64,000 bases of DNA from Candidatus Sumerlaeaceae bacterium (GTDB lineage: Bacteria > Sumerlaeota > Sumerlaeia > Sumerlaeales > Sumerlaeaceae): contig JAIBAT010000063.1 in assembly GCA_019695055.1 (NCBI GenBank), positions 6,220-70,219 of the forward strand, written 5' to 3'. The translations under genes were made by a program, and so were the position numbers. The notes below the pieces were generated by a model. That model ran no database searches, was not told the origin of the DNA, and saw only the letters and a list, made by a program, of their open reading frames with translations. Below, in pieces: positions 56,972 through 64,000 of this stretch. Within the stretch, counting starts at the first letter, position 1, and every line of letters starts with the position of its first letter.

Positions 56972-57005
56972 GGCCCTCAAACGGGGTAGTTTGAGGGCCT
57001 TTTTG
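56972..57005 (+). terminator. rho-independent terminator
   Basis: GGCCCTCAAAC-GGGG-TAGTTTGAGGGCC followed by TTTTT. Confidence 0.45.
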
Positions 57006-57029
57006 GTTGGGTGGCGACGGCGCTGGAGA

Positions 57030-57488
57030 TCAGGTTGGGTCGGCGGGTGGGCGGCGTTTGCGGGGAAACAGGTATGGGTCGTCACGCCGAATGTTTTCGT
57101 CGGCGAGGTGGAGGCGGTAAAGCTGGGCCAGGGCGTAAATGCCGGCGTTGACGTCGGCGACGCGCTGTGTGAGCTGTAGCGGATCGCAGGTCTTGATGCG
57201 GCGGCGCTCGAGGGAATGGAAGAGTCGACGGCATGCGACGGCGGCGATGCCGATGGTCTGACCGAGGACCTGGTTGACGGTTTCGGTTGGCTGACCGGCA
57301 ACGGGCTTGTCGTTCTCGTAGAAGACGAGTTCGCCGTTGTGTTCGGGCACATCGTCGGGGTCGGGATCTTCTCGCGGATCTTTGGGGGGGCCATCGGGCC
57401 AGATAGGATCGGGCAGGGGCTGCTTGCTGAGCCCAGTGATGTCATCGCCGAAAGGGTCGGGGACGGGGGTGAGGTCTTCGTTAAGCAT
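57030..57488 (-). CDS. hypothetical acidic Pro/Asp-rich protein
   Basis: RBS AAAGGAG 6 nt before the ATG; no known motif. Confidence 0.4.
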   Translation of the reverse strand: MLNEDLTPVPDPFGDDITGLSKQPLPDPIWPDGPPKDPREDPDPDDVPEHNGELVFYENDKPVAGQPTETVNQVLGQTIGIAAVACRRLFHSLERRRIKTCDPLQLTQRVADVNAGIYALAQLYRLHLADENIRRDDPYLFPRKRRPPADPT

Positions 57489-57941
57489 GGTGATACTCCT
57501 TTTTGACTAAGATGGGAGCATTATGCACGGGGAAATGGCTTTGCCTATTCCCCCACGACCCCTTAGAACCCCTTAGAGACCCATAACTTTCAGTTCTGAG
57601 TTTTGAGTCCTGAGTTCTGAGTTCGGAGTTAAAGGCAAAAGTTGACCACCAAATCACCAAAGCACCAAAAGCACTCAAAATGAAGGGCGCGAAGAAAAGG
57701 CGGTGAACCGAGGAGCACGCGGAGGACGAAGAGAAAGAGAATTGGGTGGGTTGCGAGTTGCTTGTACGATTTAATTGGGGAAAACGTCAAGCAGCCCCGA
57801 ATTTGAGGCCTCTTAAAGACCCAAAAACTCAATACACAGAAGCGCCAAGACGGTGGGCGTGATATTGACAGCGGATTTGGTTGCGTTTGGATGGCTAACG
57901 ATGCAAGTACTGACGCATTAAGGGTGGAGGCCGATTAGAAA

Positions 57942-59291
57942 TTGATCCATCGAATCCGCGTTACTCTCGTCTTGGTGGCGTGCCTGCTGGTTTTAATACC
58001 ATCAATTTCCCACCCCAACGCCAGCACCGCCGAATATGACTCCTCGGTGGCCGGCCAGCTTGTGCCGAAGACCGACACGACGCTGGAAGTCGTCGAGGAG
58101 TACCTTGATATTCGCTTTGAACGGCTACCGTGGGATTTGAGCCTGCTGGCGAATCGTGTGGGGTGGTCGATCAATGCTCCGGTAAGGGTCTACTGTACGG
58201 CTTCGTATCGAATTCGAAATCCGTCGAAGAGAAGCGTGTCTCCATTATTGGTATTTCCGATCATGTTTGGAGGGAGCGAGGGGCACCTTAAATGGGTCAG
58301 GTCCTCCTATATGCATTGGTTTCTCAACAAGTCCCTGCCATTGCCCATCCGTCGGGGTGTACGATTCAACGTGGATTGCGGGGGAACGACAGTACCTTCT
58401 AACTATGTGTCCTTTGAGTCGCTCTTTGGCAAACATCGCCAGAAGTGGATCAAATCAATTCGAGATGTGGTATTTGCTGGCCCCAATCCCGAGCGATTGG
58501 AACAGGAAAGAAAAATAGCATCAAATCGGCTCGACGCACCAAAACGGGCGACAGATTACCACAATTTGGAAATTCAGGACTTCCACGGAGTGCGCGTGAA
58601 GTGGTCAGACGGCCAATTAGACGATTCCTACAATATTTCGAGGGATGACGAGACAACCAGAAAACTCACAGCTTTTGCCGGAATGGCGAGTTGGCATTGG
58701 GATCAAATTGTGGATTGGGATCTCGACTTTTTGGCCTTTTGCGGAAGGGTCTTGAATCCAGGTAAGCAGGACGACATTCAAGAAATGTTGGACCGCTGGG
58801 GAGTGGAGCAGTCCTATATTTTACCGGATTCGGGCGAGCGCTTTTCGACTATACCAACTTTCGGTTTTGGGGCTCTCGATTATAACTATTCGCGAATGCG
58901 AATGCGGATTGATTTCATGGAATTCAAACCGGAACTCAAATCGGAGTCGGAGACGACATTGACGGTGCGATTCAGCCATCTTTTGGACAATGATCTGGGG
59001 CAACCGACCACAACAAGTAAGGCCGCACCCACACTCAGAAACAACACTAACCAATTCCAGTACATTCTGAAGACAGCGAAGAACTGGAAGTCCTTTGGTC
59101 CCATTCACCTGGCGGTGCGTGTGCCTAAGGGAGTGAAACGAGCGAGTAGTATTGAGATGAAGCAGATTGGAACGGATGGCGATTGGGATGTGTTGAAAAC
59201 GACACTGGATGGAAAGACGATAGACCGAAACCTGCTCATTGGGCTCGAAATGCCCTATGGGACGCCGGAATCCAACAAAGATGTTAAATGA
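57942..59291 (+). CDS. hypothetical secreted protein (reduced-GC island)
   Basis: Signal peptide MIHRIRVTLVLVACLLVLIPSIS; 449 aa; GC well below the window average. Confidence 0.45.
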   Translation: MIHRIRVTLVLVACLLVLIPSISHPNASTAEYDSSVAGQLVPKTDTTLEVVEEYLDIRFERLPWDLSLLANRVGWSINAPVRVYCTASYRIRNPSKRSVSPLLVFPIMFGGSEGHLKWVRSSYMHWFLNKSLPLPIRRGVRFNVDCGGTTVPSNYVSFESLFGKHRQKWIKSIRDVVFAGPNPERLEQERKIASNRLDAPKRATDYHNLEIQDFHGVRVKWSDGQLDDSYNISRDDETTRKLTAFAGMASWHWDQIVDWDLDFLAFCGRVLNPGKQDDIQEMLDRWGVEQSYILPDSGERFSTIPTFGFGALDYNYSRMRMRIDFMEFKPELKSESETTLTVRFSHLLDNDLGQPTTTSKAAPTLRNNTNQFQYILKTAKNWKSFGPIHLAVRVPKGVKRASSIEMKQIGTDGDWDVLKTTLDGKTIDRNLLIGLEMPYGTPESNKDVK

Positions 59292-59966
59292 TTTAGGGGT
59301 GTTTCTGGGTGATTTCGCGTGGAGCTGGATTTGGCCGCGTCACTCATGAAGGCAGCACGGAGCTGGTGTGCGTGATTTGTGCGTGACCGCCGTGTCATGG
59401 CGGTGGCTATGGCTCGTCAGTATGATTACGTCCTCGGCGGGCTCGCGGCGGTGGTGTTGATGGTTCGGATTTGGCGGGTTAAGGAGTAATCACGACCAAA
59501 ATGGAAGAGGCAGTTGAGTCAGAATTTATCCTGTGCCTGTCCTGACTAAACCAACAGGCGGGGTGGTTCGGTTCAACCACATTCGTGGTTGGGGATAAGG
59601 GGGCACCCGGGTCCGGGGGCTGGCGCACCCCGGCTATTCATATTCATCCCCGTTGGGGATGGTAGAGATTGCCGGATAATTTTTGAAACATTTGTCGCGC
59701 AAGTGGACAGGAATGCCACCTCCCTATTAGGGGCGCTTGAGGCGCTTTTCCAGCCGCTCGCGGCGTTTGGCGAGGTTGGCCTTCAGTTCCGCCAACTCCT
59801 AGGTGCGGCCCAAGGAGGGCCATTGCTGCATCTGTCGTTCGGCTTCGGTGATGATTTCGAGGGCGGCGGGGAAGGGCACCATTTTCCGTTGCAAGTGGGA
59901 CCGGTTGAGGGGTCAGGTTGATATTTGTGACCGGGGCACACTGGAAAGCGTACTGATTAGGGAAGT

Positions 59967-61295
59967 ATGGAATTAGAAGGCCGCCTTAACCCAGCACTGA
60001 GCATTCCCGAAGTTCTCCAATTTCTCAGCATGGGGAAAATGACGGGAACGCTGACGATTGTGCATGGCGAAAATCAGGTCTCGCTTGTGCTCAAGGGGGG
60101 GCGTCTGGTCAATTCGTCCAGCCTGAATCGTCCTCACCGGCTCGGGCAACTTTTGGCCAGCCGCGGCGTGGTGGAGCGAAGCGTGGTGGAGGAGGCTGTC
60201 GCCACCCAGCAGGACCAGGATTCGCCTGAAATGCTGGGACGGATGCTGATCCAGCGGGGAGCCATCACCCCCGAGCAACTCCGCTCGGCGATGCGCCTCC
60301 AACTCGAAGAGGAGCTTTGGGAGCTGTTCCGGATTACCGAGGGCACTTTCAAGTTTGAGCGTATCGACAACCTGATTATCCGCGATGTGGCGGTGGAACT
60401 CGACATCGGCCCGCTGCTGATTGAAGGTACGCGCCGACTGGACGAGTGGACCCGGATCATCAAGAACGTTCCAAGCGACTTATGCGTTCCCGTGGTAAGG
60501 CCGATGGAGGATCGCTCCGAGCGCGAGGTCATGCCGTTTTCCGAGAATGAATGGCGGGTCCTGTCGCTGATTAACGGTTTCTTCAATGTCGGCAGCATCG
60601 CCAGCCGAAGCGGTGTTGGGAGATTCGAGACATACAGGATCCTCAATTCCTTCCTGGCCAGCGGCCTTGTCGTCATCAAGCCCGAGGAGCGGGCCACGCG
60701 CCGCGCGCTGGAGGATGTGCCGCTGAGCAAACCACCGGCCAACGGCGCGAAGCCCAAGACCGATACAGTTGGCTCTTCTTCGGCGCGGCTGATGGCGGTT
60801 TTTTTCAAGTCCCGCGACGCCGAGGCCGAGGCCCAGGCGCGCCAGGAGGAAAGGACGATCCTGGAATTTCGCAACCCCGTGGAATTTGTCGCGGCCCTGG
60901 CAAACAGCATTACCGAGAAACTCCTCGGCAATCCCGAGTTCTACAAGGGGGAGCTGGACGAGCGCATTGCGGAATTCCACTGGAATAACATCCTGATGAG
61001 TTACCCCAAGGCCGATCTCGTGACGGCCGTTGGCCGACGCATTGAAACGGCACGGTTCAATCGGTTTGTGGAGGAAGCGGGCATTGACGGGCCCTTCAAG
61101 GCTTGTTACGAAGACACCCTCGAAGCGCTGAATCACCACCTCCGCACGATTTTCCTGATGGCGGCGCAGCGGCTGGGCACACGGGAGGCGGAGGCGGCGT
61201 TCAAGCAGTATTTCGACAATTTCAGGCAGCGATCAAAGATCGGAAATGATGACCAGTTTTTCTTCAAGGATTTTGCCGGGAAGGTTTATGCGTAA
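59967..61295 (+). CDS. DUF4388-like domain protein
   Basis: N-terminal ...LSIPEVLQFLSMGKMTGTLTIV matches the recalled DUF4388 block (L.ELLQ.LSMG.KTG.L.V). Confidence 0.5.
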   Translation: MELEGRLNPALSIPEVLQFLSMGKMTGTLTIVHGENQVSLVLKGGRLVNSSSLNRPHRLGQLLASRGVVERSVVEEAVATQQDQDSPEMLGRMLIQRGAITPEQLRSAMRLQLEEELWELFRITEGTFKFERIDNLIIRDVAVELDIGPLLIEGTRRLDEWTRIIKNVPSDLCVPVVRPMEDRSEREVMPFSENEWRVLSLINGFFNVGSIASRSGVGRFETYRILNSFLASGLVVIKPEERATRRALEDVPLSKPPANGAKPKTDTVGSSSARLMAVFFKSRDAEAEAQARQEERTILEFRNPVEFVAALANSITEKLLGNPEFYKGELDERIAEFHWNNILMSYPKADLVTAVGRRIETARFNRFVEEAGIDGPFKACYEDTLEALNHHLRTIFLMAAQRLGTREAEAAFKQYFDNFRQRSKIGNDDQFFFKDFAGKVYA

Positions 61296-61304
61296 TGCCC
61301 AAGC

Positions 61305-62735
61305 ATGGTGATACCCGTGGCCGGTGAACGCATACTGGTTGTTGATAACAACGTGGCGGTGCAGGACCTGTGCCGCTATGTGCTGGAGAATGCTGGGTAC
61401 CGCGTCGGCACGGCCAGCAACGGCGTGGCGGCTTTGGCGCTTCCCGACCTCTCGGAGATCGATCTGCTGATTGTGGACCTCGCCCTGCGCGAAATGACGG
61501 GGCGCGAACTTTCGAAGTTTCTAAAGTCGGACGAGGAGCTTTTTCAGAAGCCGGTCCTGGTCCTTATCAATGACGACGAACTGACAGACCGGGAAAACCC
61601 CAATCTCATGGGGGCCAACGGGTACCTGAAGAAGCCGTTTCAGCCCGAGTCGCTGACGGCGAAAGTCCGGGTGCTGCTGGAGGAGCGCGACATTCTGGTG
61701 CGTGGGCGCGAGCACCTTCGCGAAGCCGCGGATGCCATGATGCGCAAGCTGGCCGAGCAGCAGATCCAGCAGGCCGTGGAACAGCGAACGCAGATCATCG
61801 TGGAGCGGGCCCTGCAGCTCGTTGTGACACAGGTGGACCAGAAGGCGCGCCGTGAGGTGGACTCGCGCGTGAACCAACTTTCCGCGGAGAAGGAAGAGGA
61901 ACTGGTCAAGCTCACCGTGCATGAGGTTGCCAAAAGCATGGTGGAAAAGCTGGCCGAGCGCAAGGTGACGGAGGCGATGGAGTCCATCCTGCGCGAAGGA
62001 ACGGACCGCGCCGTGAAGCGTGTGGCCGAGAGTGTGCTGCCGGGCCTTGCGCGCGAACGCATCCGGGAAAACATTGAGCAGATGCTGCCCAAGGAGGTTC
62101 AGCGGCGCGTCCAGAAGGAAGCCGAGAACCTTGTTCCCGAGGCAACAGAGCGCGTGGTGCTGGTGATCGAGTCGGCGGCCCAGAAGATTGTGCCGAAGAT
62201 TGCCCGCGAATTGATGGCCGATCTTGCCGACCGCACCATCGGCGACGCTTTGGACAATCAGCTTCCGAAGCGCACACAGAGCATTGTTTCCCAGGAATTG
62301 GACGCCCAGATCCGCGTCAAAATGGCCCCGCAGATTCGCGATGCCATCGAACTTGTGAAGAAGCGCGTGTCCGTAATGATGGGAATGATGGTGGCCCTGT
62401 TTGCCTTTGCCCTGATGTTCATTGTGGTGGATCGCATTTGGGGCGACATGCTGTTTGGCCGGCGCGGTGGAAACACCCGGGCTTCCGGCGAGGTGACCAA
62501 GGCGCAGCCGACACCGAAACCTGTCGAGAAGCAGGTTGCCGCGCCGACGCCAACGAAGGCTCCCATGGCAACGGTCAATGCCACGGTTCAGGAACCCTTG
62601 CCGTCTCCCAACCGAGCTCCGACGCCGGAGGTAAAGGCGACGCCGACGGCAACCCCGGAGCCGACCAAAAAACCGACTGCCGAAATTGGTAAATTGCTCG
62701 ATAAGATCAGCAATCGCCCGTCGCCGCGCAATTAG
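61305..62735 (+). CDS. response regulator receiver protein with coiled-coil region, one TM helix and Pro/Thr-rich C-terminal tail
   Basis: Receiver ILVVDNN...DLLIVDLAL...YLKKPF; long E/K/R-rich coiled-coil; MMGMMVALFAFALMFIVV TM; PTPKP/TPEP-rich tail. Confidence 0.6.
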   Translation: MVIPVAGERILVVDNNVAVQDLCRYVLENAGYRVGTASNGVAALALPDLSEIDLLIVDLALREMTGRELSKFLKSDEELFQKPVLVLINDDELTDRENPNLMGANGYLKKPFQPESLTAKVRVLLEERDILVRGREHLREAADAMMRKLAEQQIQQAVEQRTQIIVERALQLVVTQVDQKARREVDSRVNQLSAEKEEELVKLTVHEVAKSMVEKLAERKVTEAMESILREGTDRAVKRVAESVLPGLARERIRENIEQMLPKEVQRRVQKEAENLVPEATERVVLVIESAAQKIVPKIARELMADLADRTIGDALDNQLPKRTQSIVSQELDAQIRVKMAPQIRDAIELVKKRVSVMMGMMVALFAFALMFIVVDRIWGDMLFGRRGGNTRASGEVTKAQPTPKPVEKQVAAPTPTKAPMATVNATVQEPLPSPNRAPTPEVKATPTATPEPTKKPTAEIGKLLDKISNRPSPRN

Positions 62736-62970
62736 GCGGTTCCACGGGCGGTTTTTAGGCGTGGTAATTGGCCATGGGTAAGCAAAAAGTCCTCTGTAAG
62801 CTCATTGAATTCAATGGCTTGGACTCCGAGTGGGAGGTCGCGCCGGCGGTGGTTGCGGGCCTATCGTTTGGGCCCACCCGAATAGTCGGGAGGCTTGCGG
62901 GTAATGATGCACGGTTTCGCCGGTGTAGCGGCGCTTAGACACGCGGTAAATTATTGGGAGATAGAGTTTC

Positions 62971-63288
62971 ATGTACGCGATCATTCGCACAGGGGGCAAG
63001 CAGTTCCGGGCCGAAAAGGGCGCCGTTTTGCGTGTGCCGCTGATGGAAGCCAGCGCTGGCGACAGCATTGAAATCAGTGATGTTTTGCAGGTAACCAGCG
63101 AGGAAAAGAGCACCCTCGGCAAGCCGTTGATTCCCAAGGCCAAGGTCAGCGCCACGGTGCTGCGCCACGGCAAGGAGCCGAAGATTCTCGTCTATACCTA
63201 CAAGCGTCGCAAGGGCTACGAGAAGCGCAAGGGGCACCGCCAGGATTTCACCGAGATTCGCATCAACGACATTCAGGTCGGCGCGTAA
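62971..63288 (+). CDS. rplU: 50S ribosomal protein L21
   Basis: [23 protein letters not shown]... Confidence 0.9.
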   Translation: MYAIIRTGGKQFRAEKGAVLRVPLMEASAGDSIEISDVLQVTSEEKSTLGKPLIPKAKVSATVLRHGKEPKILVYTYKRRKGYEKRKGHRQDFTEIRINDIQVGA

Positions 63289-63324
63289 CACCGCGGCCGC
63301 CGAACAGATAACGGAGCAACTGAA

Positions 63325-63591
63325 ATGGCACATAAAAAAGGCGTCGGCAGTTCACGCAACGGCCGCGACAGCAACGCGCAGCGGCTCGGCTGCAAGGCCA
63401 CGGGCGGCAACCTCGTCACCGGTGGCAGCATCATCATCCGCCAGCGCGGCACCAAGTTTCATCCCGGCGTGAACGTCGGGCGTGGCAAGGACGACACCCT
63501 TTTTGCCAAGGTTGGCGGCGTGGTGGAGTTCAGCCAGCGCGGCGGGGTTCGCTATGTGAACATCCGCGCCACCGCTGCACCTGCCAAGTAA
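63325..63591 (+). CDS. rpmA: 50S ribosomal protein L27
   Basis: [22 protein letters not shown]... Confidence 0.9.
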   Translation: MAHKKGVGSSRNGRDSNAQRLGCKATGGNLVTGGSIIIRQRGTKFHPGVNVGRGKDDTLFAKVGGVVEFSQRGGVRYVNIRATAAPAK

Positions 63592-63611
63592 CGCGACTTA
63601 CGATTTGAAAG

Positions 63612-63645
63612 CGGGCCGTTTGCGCGGCCCGCTTTTTTTATTTTA
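63612..63645 (+). terminator. rho-independent terminator after rpmA
   Basis: GCGGGCCG-TTTGCG-CGGCCCGC followed by TTTTTTTATTTT. Confidence 0.6.
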
Positions 63646-63648
63646 GCC

Positions 63649-64000
63649 ATGGCCCGCGATAACATCGAAAAACCCGAATCGCGCGCGGCGCTCCCTGAGC
63701 CGCTGCAGGAGGAACTGCAACACCTGCGCCTGCTGTGGAGCCTGGCCCTCCTGAGTCCCATTATTTATCTGGCGATCGCGAAGTATGCACAGGGCAACTG
63801 GCTTGATCCCAAGACCGGCGCCGGACTGGTCTCTCTTTCCGCCCTTTCCCTCAGGAATCTTTGGGTGGGCGCCTGCGCTGCACTGGCCCTGCTTCAGCCA
63901 ATCCACTGGGCCTACCGTAGAAGGATGGACCGGGCCCTGGCCCGCGAGGCAGCCAGCGAGGAGCGGCTGAAGGCGCTCCTCTCCCGTCGTACGATGGTGC
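63649..64000 (+). CDS. hypothetical membrane protein, 5' portion (runs off the window end)
   Basis: ATG at 63649; open frame to the window end; hydrophobic segments. Confidence 0.3.
   Translation, partial: MARDNIEKPESRAALPEPLQEELQHLRLLWSLALLSPIIYLAIAKYAQGNWLDPKTGAGLVSLSALSLRNLWVGACAALALLQPIHWAYRRRMDRALAREAASEERLKALLSRRTMV

Noticed and set aside
56882-57445. 187-aa minus-strand ORF overlapping the 57030-57488 ORF in another frame
   Set aside because: Its Pro/Ser/Thr-rich shadow composition has no RBS. The alternative frame has a strong AAAGGAG RBS at the proper distance.
59589-59921. 110-aa plus-strand ORF (MGIRGHPGPGAGAPRLF...)
   Set aside because: It has no RBS and low-complexity Gly/Pro composition. 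The opposite strand carries a more gene-like but stop-interrupted reading frame (reported as a possible pseudogene in the findings).

Overview
This is a high-GC (about 60-65%) bacterial chromosomal segment that is densely coding on both strands. The gene content points to a PVC-type or related lineage (many GspG-like prepilin-type pseudopilins, arylsulfatase, GH20 hexosaminidase, DUF4388, S6/S18 with extensions). This is only a guess from the sequence.

Housekeeping genes I can support:
- dtd, dcd, a TatD-radical SAM fusion, the rpsF-ssb-rpsR operon followed by tRNA-Val and tRNA-Asp, uppS-cdsA, era, pilT, gdhA, rplU-rpmA.

Accessory or niche modules:
- an NtrC-type sigma54 regulator;
- an orphan operon of three minor-pseudopilin-like genes, plus two tandem GspG-like pseudopilins and a third paralog that has a polytopic membrane N-terminus instead of a prepilin leader;
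- a RelE/ParE-type toxin-antitoxin pair inside a low-GC islet, and a HEPN-MNT pair;
- an arsR-arsC-arsM-acr3 arsenic operon followed by a Cys-tailed thioredoxin-like protein and a MacB/FtsX-type ABC exporter;
- an Opp/Dpp-like importer (binding protein plus two permeases, no ATPase);
- an ECF sigma factor fused to a membrane domain;
- a DUF4388-like protein plus a response regulator.

Regulatory and repeat signals that the genes do not explain:
- a Cheo-box-like GAAC-N4-GTTC palindrome on the start codon of a SplB-like radical SAM repair gene;
- a dispersed repeat of about 55 bp with TTGAGAA heptads, found in the 860-bp intergenic region and again directly upstream of dcd;
- a low-GC, repeat-rich region (56.7-59.9 kb) carrying orphan ORFs.

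I found no CRISPR array, integrase, transposase or rRNA. All product calls come from reading motifs in the translations, since no database search was possible.
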